From: Candidatus Dormiibacterota bacterium
GTDB taxonomy: Bacteria; Eisenbacteria; RBG-16-71-46; SZUA-252
DNA length: 64,000 nt
Assembly: GCA_035635575.1 (NCBI GenBank)
Contig: DASQAV010000131.1
Span: 9,860 to 73,859 of the forward strand
Reading direction: 5' to 3'
The position numbers and the translations under genes were made by a program. Positions 8,380 to 20,196 of this stretch are shown in pieces (the first letter of the stretch is position 1; the number at the start of each line of letters is the position of its first letter). The notes under the pieces were generated by a model. The model searched no databases, was not told the origin of the DNA, and saw only the letters and a list, made by a program, of their open reading frames with translations.

Positions 8380-10118
8380 TGATCCGCCTCGAGGCGGTCT
8401 CGTACACGACACCGTCCTCTCCAGGGGGAGGAGCGGGCCGGACCCTCCTCGGCCCCGTCGAGTTTTCCGCGTTCCCCGGCTCGAGCCACCTTCTCCTCGG
8501 TCCCAACGGCTCCGGAAAGACCACGCTCATCCGCATCGTCGCGGGGCTCCGCGAGCCCTCCAGCGGCCGCTACCTCCTCGAGCGCGAAGAAGTGCGCGCG
8601 GGGAAGGAAGGGCGCTCTCTCTGGCCCACGGTCGCGGCACTCTTCGAGGAGCCCGACCCGCAATTTCTATCCGACACGGTGGAGGCGGAGATCGCGTTCG
8701 GGCTCGAGTCGCTGGCCATCTCCCCGCTCGAGATCCGCGCGCGAACGGAGGAAGCGCTCCGCGCGTTTTCCCTCCTGGCATTTCGGCAGAGGGCGCCCCA
8801 GAGCCTGAGCGCGGGAGAGAAGGCGCGCACCCTTCTCGCCGCCGCTCTCGCCGGGAACCCGCGCTGCATTCTCCTCGATCAGTCGCTGGCGCATCTCGAC
8901 CCCGGCTCGCGCCGCGAGCTGGAGGGCTCGGTGGTGAGGGACGCGATCGCCGGGGACCGCGCGGTCATCCGCACCCACCAGGAGGCCGATCCGCCCTTCC
9001 TCGGGGAAACCCTTCACGTGATCGAGGGAGGCTCCCTTCGCTCCCTCTCCCAGCTCACCCCGAAAGGGGTGATCGACGGAGCGCGCGTGCCGTATCCCCT
9101 GGCGCTTCGCGTTTCGGCGCTCCTCGCGTCGGGGCGGCGATGGTCCGGGCCGCTCGCCGCGGACGTGGAGCCCCTGGAGCGCGCGCTGGACCAGGCCCTG
9201 GGACCGGAGGAGGAATCGCGGGCCGCACTTCGTCCCGAAGCCCCGGCACGGGCGCCGTCCGAGGCGCGGCGCGGCCCGGTGGCGATCGCGATGAACGGCG
9301 TGGCCTGGTCGCCGTCCGGCGCGCGCGGCGCTCCGGTGCTCCACGGCGTGGACCTCGAGATCGGACCCGGCGAGATCGTCGCGGCGATCGGCAGGAGCGG
9401 CAGCGGCAAGACCACGCTCCTCAAGCTCGCGGCCGGCCTCGTGGCTCCAAGCGGAGGAACGATCCATCGCGAGCCGCCGGTCGTGGGAAGGGTGCGGCCG
9501 GTGGCGCTCGCGCTCGAGTACCCCGAGCGGCAGCTCTTCGGACGCACGGTGCTCGAGGATGTGACCGCGCTTCTCTGGATCGAGGGAATTCCGGCGGAGG
9601 AGCGCGAGCGGAGCGCGCGCCGCGCGATGACGGAAGTGGGGTTGGATCCCGACCGCTTTGCGGGGAGGTTCCCTGGGTCCTTGAGCGAAGGAGAGAAGCG
9701 GCGCGCCGCGCTGGCCGGGGTGCTCATCGAGCCGCCCCAGCTTCTCCTCCTCGACGAGCCCACGGCGGGACTGGATCCCGAGGGGAGGCGCGCTCTGGTG
9801 CGGGTTCTCGATTCGCTCCGATCGCGCGGGCGGAGCGTCCTCCTCGCGAGCCACGACCTGGCGTTCGTGGGCTCGGTGGCGGATCGCGTGTGTCTGCTCG
9901 GAAGGGAGGGGGAAGGTCCCGGCTCGATGCTCGCCCTGAGGGGAACCGCGGAAATCTTCCGGGATGACGCGCTCCTCATGCGCGCGGGCCTCCCGTCTCC
10001 CGACTTCGTGCGTCTCGAGCGCGTGCTCCGCGCTCGCGGCCTCCTCAAGCCGGTTCCGGTCAAAGACGACGCGGCGCTGCTCGACGCTCTCGTAACCGAT
10101 TCACTGGCTGCTCTTTAG
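8379..10118 (+). CDS. Fused double ABC-type ATPase (ECF/CbiO-like energy-coupling ATPase duplicate)
   Basis: GTG at 8379 overlaps the larC TAG stop. Two complete nucleotide-binding domains are present: Walker A GPNGSGKTT and GRSGSGKTT, signature motifs LSAGEKAR and LSEGEKRR, and Walker B LLDQ/LLDEPTAGLD. The long 5' part of the tracked ORF (from 7503) overlaps larC in another frame and is not coding. Confidence 0.7.
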   Translation: MIRLEAVSYTTPSSPGGGAGRTLLGPVEFSAFPGSSHLLLGPNGSGKTTLIRIVAGLREPSSGRYLLEREEVRAGKEGRSLWPTVAALFEEPDPQFLSDTVEAEIAFGLESLAISPLEIRARTEEALRAFSLLAFRQRAPQSLSAGEKARTLLAAALAGNPRCILLDQSLAHLDPGSRRELEGSVVRDAIAGDRAVIRTHQEADPPFLGETLHVIEGGSLRSLSQLTPKGVIDGARVPYPLALRVSALLASGRRWSGPLAADVEPLERALDQALGPEEESRAALRPEAPARAPSEARRGPVAIAMNGVAWSPSGARGAPVLHGVDLEIGPGEIVAAIGRSGSGKTTLLKLAAGLVAPSGGTIHREPPVVGRVRPVALALEYPERQLFGRTVLEDVTALLWIEGIPAEERERSARRAMTEVGLDPDRFAGRFPGSLSEGEKRRAALAGVLIEPPQLLLLDEPTAGLDPEGRRALVRVLDSLRSRGRSVLLASHDLAFVGSVADRVCLLGREGEGPGSMLALRGTAEIFRDDALLMRAGLPSPDFVRLERVLRARGLLKPVPVKDDAALLDALVTDSLAAL

Positions 10119-10257
10119 CGTCTCCAGGGCGGCTTGCCCTGCGACCCGTCCCCCTCGCTGCCTCATCAAGATCACCGATCCCGAGGCCGATCAATTCCGA
10201 ATGCGGGCTCGCGGCTCCGCGCGACCCCCCAAGGCCAGGCACGAGGGATCGGGAAGC

Positions 10258-10740
10258 ATGGTGAAGTCGGATCAAATCGTCGCCGATCTCGAGCGGCGCC
10301 GTCGCGAGGGCGCCGCGTTCGAGGATCTGCTCCAGGCCGCGGTGCGCGCGCTCCACGATCTGGACGAGCGGTTCCACTGGACCGGCATCTACGAGCTCTT
10401 TCCCGACAACGTCCTCCGCCTCGGTCCCTTCATCGGCGCTCCCACCGATCACGTGTTCATCGGCGTCGGGCGGGGCGTCTGCGGAACCGCGGTCGCCGAG
10501 CGTCGCAACATCAACGTGCCCGACGTCCGGCTGGTCACCAACTACCTGGCCTGCAGCACCGAGACCCGCTCGGAGCTCGTGATCCTGATCCGGAGGGGCG
10601 AGCGGATCTTCGCGCAGATCGACATCGACAGCCATCAGGTCGCCGCGTTCGACGAGAGCACCGTGGCGAGCGTGCAGGTGGTCGCGGACTGGCTCGCCGG
10701 GCTCTACGAGTCGCGCGAGCGGCCCGGGCGGGATTCCTGA
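10258..10740 (+). CDS. GAF-domain protein, free methionine-(R)-sulfoxide reductase-like (fRMsr/YebR family)
   Basis: A roughly 160-aa single GAF fold with the family-typical Cys-containing motifs (GVGRGVCGTAV…NYLACS…IDIDS). Start chosen at ATG 10258 rather than the upstream in-frame Met at 10201. Confidence 0.55.
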   Translation: MVKSDQIVADLERRRREGAAFEDLLQAAVRALHDLDERFHWTGIYELFPDNVLRLGPFIGAPTDHVFIGVGRGVCGTAVAERRNINVPDVRLVTNYLACSTETRSELVILIRRGERIFAQIDIDSHQVAAFDESTVASVQVVADWLAGLYESRERPGRDS

Positions 10741-10871
10741 CCCCGGAGCGGCACGAGAGCCTCGAGCGTCTCCTCGAGGCCATCCCTCGAATCCTGAAAT
10801 CGGATTCCCTCGACCGTTCCATCATCGAGGCCCTGGAGCTTCTCCGCCGCGGCACGGGGGCGGACGCCCTC

Positions 10872-13800
10872 GTGGTGTTCCTGGCGGACGGCGATGCGCC
10901 CCTGACGGAGCGCTGGGCGCCCGATGATCCCGCGACCAAGTCCCTCCTGCGTCCCCGACTCAAAGTTCAAGCACTGGATGCGATCCGGAGCGGCGGTACC
11001 CACCTCTTGCTCGGCGAGTGCCATGTCCAGAACGGCCGCGCCACCCGGACCGTGCTCCTCTGCCAGGCAGAGGCTCCGCTCGGAGCGGTCGCGATCGCGT
11101 GGCCCACCGAGAAAGCTCCGGACGATCCGGTCTCCGCTTCCTGGATCACGGCGGCCATCGAGCTCGTGGCCTCCACCGTGATCCGCAAGCGCGAGGTCTC
11201 GAAGCTGGAGATGCAGGCGGAGCGCGACAAGCGCTGGTTCAAGACTCTCGACGAGCACCTGCGCGTGCTCGACCGCGAGCGCCAGAAGTTCGCCGCGGTG
11301 GTGAACCAGACCGACACCTTCGTCTTCGTGACGGACGAGGAGCGGGTGATCCGATGGAACAACCGCGCCATGGCGGTGCTCCTCCCCTTTCGGGACGACG
11401 CGTCGAGCTGGGTCGGCAAGCCCTGCGGCGAGCTGTGGGCGCGCCTGGGCCAGGTCCAGGACAGCAACCATCCCTACGATTGCCCCATCAAGCGCGCTCT
11501 CGAGCAGAACGAGGTCACACATCAAGAATTGCGCATCCTGGTTCGCGGAGCGCCCGGCGTCCTCTACCTCACCGCGCTCCCCATCAAGGGGCTCGACGGG
11601 AAGCCGCGCGAGGCGATGATCCTGATCCAGGACCTGACCGGTCTCGAGACCCTGCGTCAATCCGAGGTCCGCTACAGTGTCCTCTTCGAGCGAAATCCGG
11701 AAGCGATCCTGATCGTCGACCCGCCGACCCTGGCCATTCTGCTCGCGAATCCGGCGGCGCAGCGAATGCTCGGCTACACGGCGCAGGAGATAGCCCAGGT
11801 CGGCCTTCCGGCGCTGCATCCCGGGTCGGAATGGAAACGGCTCCAGGGCTTCTACGAGCTGGCCTCGCGGCAGAACGCGCCGACCAAGACCCAATGCCGC
11901 GTGCTCGCGCACGACGGAACGGAGCGGATCGCGCTCGTCTCGTCCGCTCGCGTGACGCTGGAAGGAAAGAGCGTCGATCTCATCCAGATGGTGGACGTGA
12001 CCTCGAGCCTCCAGGCCGAGCAGGATCTCGGGGAGAGCCAGGCGCGGCAGGGCGCCATGATCGAGGCCGCGCCCGACGCTATCGTCTCCATGGATCATGC
12101 CGGGCGGATTCTCGAATTCAATCCGGCAGCGGAGCGGATCTTCGGATACCGGCGCGAGGACGTGCTGGGCCGGGACCTGGCGGGCCTCGTCATCCCTCCC
12201 GATCTGCGCGACCGGCACCGCCAGGGGCTCGAGCGCTACATGGCCTCCGGCGATTCCCGGATGCTGGGACGTCCGATGGAGATTCCCGCGCTGCGCTCGG
12301 ATGGGACCTCCTTCCCCATCGAGCTCACGATCGCGCGGATCTCCTCGACGGGGGCGCCGGTGTTCACCGGCTTCATCCGCGATCTCTCGGAGCGGAAGCG
12401 GGCCGAGGAGGCGCTCCGGAGCGCCGAGGACCGGCTCCGCACCCTGATCCACGAGTCGGACGTGGTCATCTTCGCCCTCGACAAGGACGGAATCTACAAG
12501 GTGTCGGCCGGAAAGGGGCTCCAGGCGCTCGGACGCCGCGAGGGGGAGGTGGTGGGCAAATCCATCTACGACGTGTACCGGGATCACCCGGACGTCCTCG
12601 CCAACATCGACCGCTGCCTCGCGGGCGAAGAGTTCACGGCCCATGTAGAGATCAAAGGCATTTCCTACGAGGCCCACTTCCGCCCCGAGCGGAACGAGCG
12701 CGGGGAAATCGTCGGACTGTTTGGATTCGCCACCGATGTCACGGAGCGGAAACGGCTGGAAGCCCAGCTCCGCCATGCGCAGAAGATGGAGGCGGTCGGA
12801 AGGCTCGCCGGCGGGGTTGCGCACGACTTCAACAACCTCCTCACCGTGATCCAGGGGCGGAGCGAGGTGCTGCTCTCGAAAATGTCGCCGCGCGATCCTC
12901 TTCGCGTGGGCGCCGAGGAGATTCAGAAGGCGGGGGAGCGCGGTGTCCTGCTCACCCGCCAGCTGCTCACGTTCAGCCGCAAGAACGTCGCCACGCCGGA
13001 AGACTTGGACGCGGGCGAGGTGGTGCGGAGCTTGGAGAGCCTTCTCTCCCGGCTCATCGGGCCGGACGTGCGCCTGGTGACGCGCACGGGGAAGTGGCCG
13101 CTTCACGTGCGCGCGGACCGGGGGCAGCTGGAGCAGGTGCTCGCGAACCTCGCGGCCAATGCGCGGGACGCGATGCCTCAGGGGGGGGAGCTTTGCATCG
13201 AGGTGAGCGCCACCGATGTCGGGGCAGAAGTGAAAGGCCCGGCCGTGCCCCCCGGCCCCTACGTGGTGGTCTCGGTCACCGATCAAGGGTGCGGGATGAC
13301 CCCCGATGTCCAGAGCCATCTCTTCGAGCCCTTCTTCACGACAAAGGAACAGGGCAAGGGGACCGGCCTCGGGCTGAGCGTCGTGTACGGCATCGTCCGT
13401 CAGTCCGGGGGCGACGTGCTGGTGCAGAGCGAGCCCGGGCGAGGCTCCACGTTCCGGGTCTGTCTGCCCCGCCTCGGCGCCCCGGAGCCGGCCGCTGGAG
13501 CGGCCGCCCCGCCGGCCGCGCGGACGGGCAAGGGGACCGTACTCCTGGTCGAAGACGAGGATGCGGTGCGGGCGCTCGCGCGTGAGTTTCTCACCATCTT
13601 TGGATACGAAGTGGTCGAGACCTCCTCCGGAGAAGAGGCGCTCCGCGTGTTCGAGCAGGTGAAGGAGACGATCGACGTGGTGGTGACCGATCTGATCATG
13701 CCCGGAATGGGCGGGGTCGCCCTGGCCAAGAAGCTCGTCAGGACCAAGCCGGGGCTCCGCGTGCTCCTTGTTTCAGGATATGCCCGCGACACCCTCGAGG

Positions 13801-13925
13801 ATCTGGAGTTCAAGAGCGAGGGATTTGCGTTCTTGCAGAAGCCCTACACGATGGAAGATTTCGCGCGCAGAATCGCGGACCTGCTCCGCGGCGCCTCGCT
13901 TGGAGATCGCGGCCGCAAGGTCTAG
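10872..13925 (+). CDS. Hybrid sensor histidine kinase (GAF-like N-terminus, about 4 PAS domains, HisKA, HATPase_c, C-terminal REC)
   Basis: H-box [25 protein letters not shown]1 and G2 boxes ([10 protein letters not shown]…DQGCGM…GKGTGLGLS). Receiver domain ([11 protein letters not shown]…[13 protein letters not shown]…LQKPY). Several PAS cores. Start is uncertain: first in-frame GTG after the GAF-gene stop is at 10872, but the frame is open from 10740. Confidence 0.75.
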   Translation: MVFLADGDAPLTERWAPDDPATKSLLRPRLKVQALDAIRSGGTHLLLGECHVQNGRATRTVLLCQAEAPLGAVAIAWPTEKAPDDPVSASWITAAIELVASTVIRKREVSKLEMQAERDKRWFKTLDEHLRVLDRERQKFAAVVNQTDTFVFVTDEERVIRWNNRAMAVLLPFRDDASSWVGKPCGELWARLGQVQDSNHPYDCPIKRALEQNEVTHQELRILVRGAPGVLYLTALPIKGLDGKPREAMILIQDLTGLETLRQSEVRYSVLFERNPEAILIVDPPTLAILLANPAAQRMLGYTAQEIAQVGLPALHPGSEWKRLQGFYELASRQNAPTKTQCRVLAHDGTERIALVSSARVTLEGKSVDLIQMVDVTSSLQAEQDLGESQARQGAMIEAAPDAIVSMDHAGRILEFNPAAERIFGYRREDVLGRDLAGLVIPPDLRDRHRQGLERYMASGDSRMLGRPMEIPALRSDGTSFPIELTIARISSTGAPVFTGFIRDLSERKRAEEALRSAEDRLRTLIHESDVVIFALDKDGIYKVSAGKGLQALGRREGEVVGKSIYDVYRDHPDVLANIDRCLAGEEFTAHVEIKGISYEAHFRPERNERGEIVGLFGFATDVTERKRLEAQLRHAQKMEAVGRLAGGVAHDFNNLLTVIQGRSEVLLSKMSPRDPLRVGAEEIQKAGERGVLLTRQLLTFSRKNVATPEDLDAGEVVRSLESLLSRLIGPDVRLVTRTGKWPLHVRADRGQLEQVLANLAANARDAMPQGGELCIEVSATDVGAEVKGPAVPPGPYVVVSVTDQGCGMTPDVQSHLFEPFFTTKEQGKGTGLGLSVVYGIVRQSGGDVLVQSEPGRGSTFRVCLPRLGAPEPAAGAAAPPAARTGKGTVLLVEDEDAVRALAREFLTIFGYEVVETSSGEEALRVFEQVKETIDVVVTDLIMPGMGGVALAKKLVRTKPGLRVLLVSGYARDTLEDLEFKSEGFAFLQKPYTMEDFARRIADLLRGASLGDRGRKV

Positions 13926-13934
13926 ACTCGCGCC

Positions 13935-15398
13935 GTGCCAGCGGCGCGTGAGGATGCCGAACCAGAGCTCCCGGCGGCCTCGCCGGGATGGGAGCCCTTC
14001 CCACGCGGCGAGCTTCTCCTTGCCTGCGCCTTGGCGCTGATCCTCCGTCTCCTCTACCTCGCGGGTGCGGTGAAGAGCCCCCTCTTCGCGCATGCGTCCC
14101 TGGCGGCGCACGCCGTGCACGTGCCGCGTTTGATTCAGGCCCTACTCGATGTCGCATCGGTCTTTCTGCTGGGCGCGGCCGCCCACGTGATGTGGGGCCG
14201 GCGCGCCGGAATCCTTACGGCCGAGATCGCGGCGCTCTACGGACCGCTCCTCTATTTTCAGGCGGAGCCTCTGCCCGTGACGCCGGGGTTCTTCCTGATC
14301 GCGCTCTTCTTCTACCTGGCCGCGCGCGCGGACCGCTCCGGTTCGAATGCGAGGAGGGTCGCGGCTGGGGTCCTGCTCGCCCTGGCCACGTTTCTTGCGC
14401 TGCGCTGGAACGGAGCCGGTGCGGGCGTCGAGCACTCGCCGCTCCGGTTTCTCGAGAACCTGATCCTGGCCTGGAATCGCCGCGAGGTCCCCTGCGGGGT
14501 GGACCAGCGCTTCCTGGCCGCGCACAACTCGCCGATGTTTCGCCAGCCGTTGCTTCTCTCCTTCGCCTTCGTGGGTCCCATCGCGCTGGTCGTGGCATGG
14601 AAGGAGCGGCGGCGGGCGCCGCTCCTCGGGAGCTACCTCTCCTTCGTCACGCTCGCGATCGCGTCGATCGGGGTCTGCGATCGAACGCGGCTTCCGCTTC
14701 TCGCGGGCGCGCTTCCCCTCGCGGGGCGTGGGATCGACCGACTGCTCGCCGCGCTGGCGCGCGAGTCGGAAGGGATTCGCACGAGTCCCGCGGCGGCGCT
14801 TGGGGAGCTGGCCCGTGTCCACGCTCGAACGCTGGTCGCGCTCGGATGCGCCGTGCTGCTCGTCACGGCCCCGTTTCCCGGGATCCAGCGCACGAAGTCG
14901 GGAGAAGGTTGGGCGGCGCTGGGGCGCGCCTACGAGGAGTCAGGGGACGAGGTCCAGTCACTGCGCGCCTACGCGGAAGCGGAGCGACAGGGCCTCCGGT
15001 CCGCCGACACGTATGCGTCCTGGGGCACGCTCGAGCAGCGGTTGAGGCTAGGGGGCGAGGCGGAGAAGCATCTCCTGCTCGCGGTCGGACTGGATCCGGG
15101 GAACGCGGCGGCTCACCTGGCGTTGGCGGATGTGTACCTCGACCGCGGAACCCTCGCGCAGGCCGCCCAGGAATACGAGGTGTCCGCGGGCCTCGTGCCG
15201 GCGCGGGCCGCGGAGCTGTACGTGCAAGCCGGAGAGGCATACGAGGAAGCGAGAGATCTCGACCGCGCGGCCTCGATGTTCCGGCGCGCGCTCGACAAAC
15301 GTCCCGGCTACGAGCCGGCGCGGCGAGGACTGGAGCGGGTCCGGAAGGGCAGCCCGCCGGAGCCGCCGGTGAAGATGTTCCCGCCGCTCGCGCGCTAG
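13935..15398 (+). CDS. Integral membrane protein with C-terminal TPR repeats (unknown function)
   Basis: About 9 predicted hydrophobic helices in the first roughly 300 aa, followed by TPR-like repeats (…AHLALADVYLDRGTLAQAAQEYE…AGEAYEEARDLDRAASMFRRAL…). Its 3' end overlaps the convergent M28 peptidase gene by 4 nt. Confidence 0.5.
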   Translation: MPAAREDAEPELPAASPGWEPFPRGELLLACALALILRLLYLAGAVKSPLFAHASLAAHAVHVPRLIQALLDVASVFLLGAAAHVMWGRRAGILTAEIAALYGPLLYFQAEPLPVTPGFFLIALFFYLAARADRSGSNARRVAAGVLLALATFLALRWNGAGAGVEHSPLRFLENLILAWNRREVPCGVDQRFLAAHNSPMFRQPLLLSFAFVGPIALVVAWKERRRAPLLGSYLSFVTLAIASIGVCDRTRLPLLAGALPLAGRGIDRLLAALARESEGIRTSPAAALGELARVHARTLVALGCAVLLVTAPFPGIQRTKSGEGWAALGRAYEESGDEVQSLRAYAEAERQGLRSADTYASWGTLEQRLRLGGEAEKHLLLAVGLDPGNAAAHLALADVYLDRGTLAQAAQEYEVSAGLVPARAAELYVQAGEAYEEARDLDRAASMFRRALDKRPGYEPARRGLERVRKGSPPEPPVKMFPPLAR

Positions 15399-18325
15399 TC
15401 CTTCCAGCGAGCCAGGAAGAGATTCGTCTCGTGTGAAGCGGGGTCTGCGCGGTTGGAGGCCCAGACGAGCCATTTCCCGTCGGGACTCACGTGGGGAAAG
15501 CCGTCGAATCCCGGCGCGAAGGTGATCCTCTCAGGAGCGCCCCCACGCTTGTCGAGCATCCAGAGGTCGAACTCACGCTGATCGGCCGAGCCCACGTTGG
15601 AGCTCCAGAGAATCCGGTTCCCGTCCGCGTGGAAGGTAGGGCAGAAATTGGCGGCGCCGTTCTTCGTGAGCTGGCGGACGTGGGTGCCGTCCGCGTTCAT
15701 GATGTAAAGCTCGAGCGAGTGCGGGTGGATGAGCCCCTTCTTCAAGAGCGTGCGATATTCCTCGAGCTCTTTCCCTTGCGGCCGGCTGGCGCGCCAAACG
15801 ATCTCCGAGCAATCCGGGCTGAAGAAGGCGCCCCCGTCGTACCCGGGTGTGTGGGTCATCCGCGTCACCTTCCCTGAATCCTCGCGGACATAGAGCTCGA
15901 GATCCCCGTCGCGCGTGGAGGTGAACACGAACTTCCCTCCGCCAGGGCACCAGGTGCCCTCCGCGTCGTATCCGGGGGACTGAACAAGCGGATGGAGCTC
16001 CGATCCGTCCGGCATGGCCTCGTAGATGTCGTAGGAGTCATAGATGGCCCAGACGTATCCGTGCGAGCGGTCCGGGGGCGGAGGGCAGCTGTCCCCCGCC
16101 GCGTGGGTCGAGGAGAAGATGATCCGCTTTCCCTCCGGGTACTCGAAGTAGCCGCACGTGGTCCGCCCCTTGCCGGTGGAAACCATGCGAGAGTCGCCGG
16201 TCTCCAGATCCACCACGTACTCCTGATCGCATTTCGCGCCGCGCTTCGTGGCCTGGAAGATGAGGTTCTTCCCGTCGGGGCTCCAGTAGGCCTCGGCGTT
16301 CTCCCCTCCGAACGTGAGCTGACGGATGTCGGTGAGGTGGCGCTCCTCGGGGACTGGATGATCGAAGGGAAGCCCCGCGCGGGTGACCAGCTCCTTGTCT
16401 TCGAGCGCATAGGACCCGCTGCCCGTGGTTGCTGGAGCGCCCCCGCCGTGTGCCTCCGCTGGCGCGCCCGCGCCCGGGGGAGTGCCGCCCGCGCCTCGCT
16501 GGCCCAGCGTCGCGCGCAAGGTGGTGCGCTCACCGTTTCGAATCACCACCACATCGATCGTCTCGCCGGGCTTGTGATCTTGCAGTGCGTAGGTCATGTC
16601 GTAGAGGTTCTCGATCCGCGTCCCGGCCATGGACACGAGCCGGTCCTTGCCCCGGATTCCCGCCAGGTCCGCCGGTCCACCCGGGCGTACGTCCGCGAGG
16701 AGCACGCCCCCCTCGCTCGATTCCATCGCGCTGTAGTCGGGGATGGTGCCGAGATAGGAGCCGTAGCCTCGGCTGTCCCCGCCCATGGCGGGTCCGGACG
16801 AGGCGCGCACGTACTGGGGCCGCGAGCCCGCGCGAGCCAGCCCTTCGCCCAGCGAGACCGCGAAGGAGACCACCTTGGCGGCTCCCTCCGGGTTCACCGT
16901 CGCGGGCTTGTCCTCCGGGGTGTGGTATTGCTCGTGCGAGCCGGTGAAGAGGAAGAGCACGGGGACCCCAGCCGCGTAGAAGCTGGTCTGATCCGAGGGG
17001 CCGTATCCATCCCCTCTGCTCGTGACGTGGAGCGACGCGCTCTGGGCCGCGCGGTCGATGAGATCCTTCCACTCGGGTGCCGTGTCCGAGCCGAGCGCGA
17101 TCAGCTGGTCCTCCCGCAAGCGCCCGACCATGTCGAGGTTGATCATGGCCGCGACGCCCTGGATCGGAACCGGCGGGTGCTGCACGAACCAGGCGGACCC
17201 CGCCAGGCCGACCTCTTCGCCGGAGAAGAGCGCTATCAGAATGCTTCGCCGGTCCGGAACCTCCGCGAGCGAGCGCCGCAGCTCCTCGCCGATGAGCATC
17301 GCGCCCACCGTGCCCGAGGCGTTGTCGTCGGCCCCGTTGTGGATCGCGTGCTCGTTCGGCCGCATGGAGTGCTCGCCGCCGTAGCCGAGGTGATCGTAGT
17401 GTGCCCCGATCACGACGTATTCGTTCTGGAGCGAGCCCCGGCCCGGAATGACCCCGGCCAGATTCTCCGCCTCCTCGAAGGTTGCCTTCAGGGCGACCGT
17501 TCCCTCGATCTGCGTGCCCGTGGAGGCGACGGAGCGCGGCTTCAGATCGCGGTCCACGTCCTTCTGGAACCGCTCGAGATCGATGCCGGCGGAGCGGAGC
17601 CACTCCTGCGCCACCGAGGTCTTCACCTGGATCACAGGAATTCCCGCCGGGCTTTCGGGCCCATCGTTCTGGAGTAATGGGATCCGGTCTTTTCCCTCGT
17701 CCTGAATCGGTCCGGTCACGAAGACGACCGCCCTGGCGCCGCGCTCGCGCGCCTGGAGCACCTTGTACCGGAGCGCGGACCAGCGGCTGGGCTTCTTTCC
17801 GTCGAATTTCGAAGCGCTGTCCCTCTCCTGGGGCTCGTAGCGGAGCATGAGCGCGATCTTGCCCTTGAGATCGATTCCCTGGAGCTCACGGTATTGGAGC
17901 GGCGGCGCGTCGATTCCATAGCCCAGGAAGGCAACCTCTCCTGAGAAGGAGCCGGAGCTGGAGAAGCCGAGCGGCACCCACGAGGAATCGGGGACCTGCC
18001 CGTCGTGATTGCGGACCACGTCGAGGTGGTTTCCGGAGACGGGCGTGACGCCGGTCTTGATGTCGAAGGGCTGGCGGTAGCTCTTTCCGAACGCGGGCTT
18101 CATCCCCAGGGCCATGAGGCGGCGCTCGATCCAGTCGGCCGCGCGGTGGATTCCCTGGGTGCCGAGCCCGCGTCCCTCCATGCTGTCGTCGGCGAGGGCA
18201 TAGACGCCCGACCGGAATTCCTCGGCCAGGCGCGACTGGCCCGATGGAGCGGCCCCTGCTGCCGCGGGGAGGCGGGAGGCGAGAAGGCAGAAACTGAGCG
18301 CGAAGATGCGAAAACGGGGGGTCAC
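15395..18325 (-). CDS. Multidomain secreted peptidase: PA domain + M28 zinc aminopeptidase + PDZ + TolB-like beta-propeller
   Basis: Signal peptide. M28 metal ligands and catalytic residues (HYDHLGYG…NGADDNASG…SGEEVGLAGS…NLDMVG…HTPEDK). PDZ domain (GGVLLADVRPGGPADLAGI…). C-terminal WD40-like propeller repeats (YWSPDGKNLIF, FSPDCSEIVW, VSPDGKWLVW). 976 aa. Confidence 0.8.
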   Translation of the reverse strand: MTPRFRIFALSFCLLASRLPAAAGAAPSGQSRLAEEFRSGVYALADDSMEGRGLGTQGIHRAADWIERRLMALGMKPAFGKSYRQPFDIKTGVTPVSGNHLDVVRNHDGQVPDSSWVPLGFSSSGSFSGEVAFLGYGIDAPPLQYRELQGIDLKGKIALMLRYEPQERDSASKFDGKKPSRWSALRYKVLQARERGARAVVFVTGPIQDEGKDRIPLLQNDGPESPAGIPVIQVKTSVAQEWLRSAGIDLERFQKDVDRDLKPRSVASTGTQIEGTVALKATFEEAENLAGVIPGRGSLQNEYVVIGAHYDHLGYGGEHSMRPNEHAIHNGADDNASGTVGAMLIGEELRRSLAEVPDRRSILIALFSGEEVGLAGSAWFVQHPPVPIQGVAAMINLDMVGRLREDQLIALGSDTAPEWKDLIDRAAQSASLHVTSRGDGYGPSDQTSFYAAGVPVLFLFTGSHEQYHTPEDKPATVNPEGAAKVVSFAVSLGEGLARAGSRPQYVRASSGPAMGGDSRGYGSYLGTIPDYSAMESSEGGVLLADVRPGGPADLAGIRGKDRLVSMAGTRIENLYDMTYALQDHKPGETIDVVVIRNGERTTLRATLGQRGAGGTPPGAGAPAEAHGGGAPATTGSGSYALEDKELVTRAGLPFDHPVPEERHLTDIRQLTFGGENAEAYWSPDGKNLIFQATKRGAKCDQEYVVDLETGDSRMVSTGKGRTTCGYFEYPEGKRIIFSSTHAAGDSCPPPPDRSHGYVWAIYDSYDIYEAMPDGSELHPLVQSPGYDAEGTWCPGGGKFVFTSTRDGDLELYVREDSGKVTRMTHTPGYDGGAFFSPDCSEIVWRASRPQGKELEEYRTLLKKGLIHPHSLELYIMNADGTHVRQLTKNGAANFCPTFHADGNRILWSSNVGSADQREFDLWMLDKRGGAPERITFAPGFDGFPHVSPDGKWLVWASNRADPASHETNLFLARWKD

Positions 18326-18482
18326 CCCGGCATCCTAGCACCTCCCACTCGCATATGGAAAATCTCGGCCCGGATCGCTAGACTGCCGCGCGCGGGTGAA
18401 GGGCCACGGAAGCGGCACTCCATTCCAACCACGGAGACAAAAGAGGAGATCCAGGCCGTCTTCATCAAGTATCGATGAGCGG

Positions 18483-18511
18483 TTGAGCCGGCCCGCCGTC
18501 TCTGGTATGCT
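18483..18511 (+). promoter_or_regulatory. Candidate sigma70 promoter of the pyr operon (-35 TTGAGC, 17-nt spacer, extended -10 TGgTATGCT)
   Basis: Read directly: ttgagc (18483-18488), a 17-nt spacer, then tg-g-tatgct with the -10 hexamer at 18506-18511. It lies in the 295-bp divergent intergenic region upstream of pyrR. Confidence 0.3.

Positions 18512-20196
<1,685 letters not shown>

Noticed and set aside
10127-10143. Stem-loop CAGGGC-ggctt-GCCCTG after the ABC ATPase stop, a possible terminator
   Set aside because: Only a 6-bp stem with no downstream U-tract. Cannot be distinguished from random GC-rich palindromes, so not listed as a feature.
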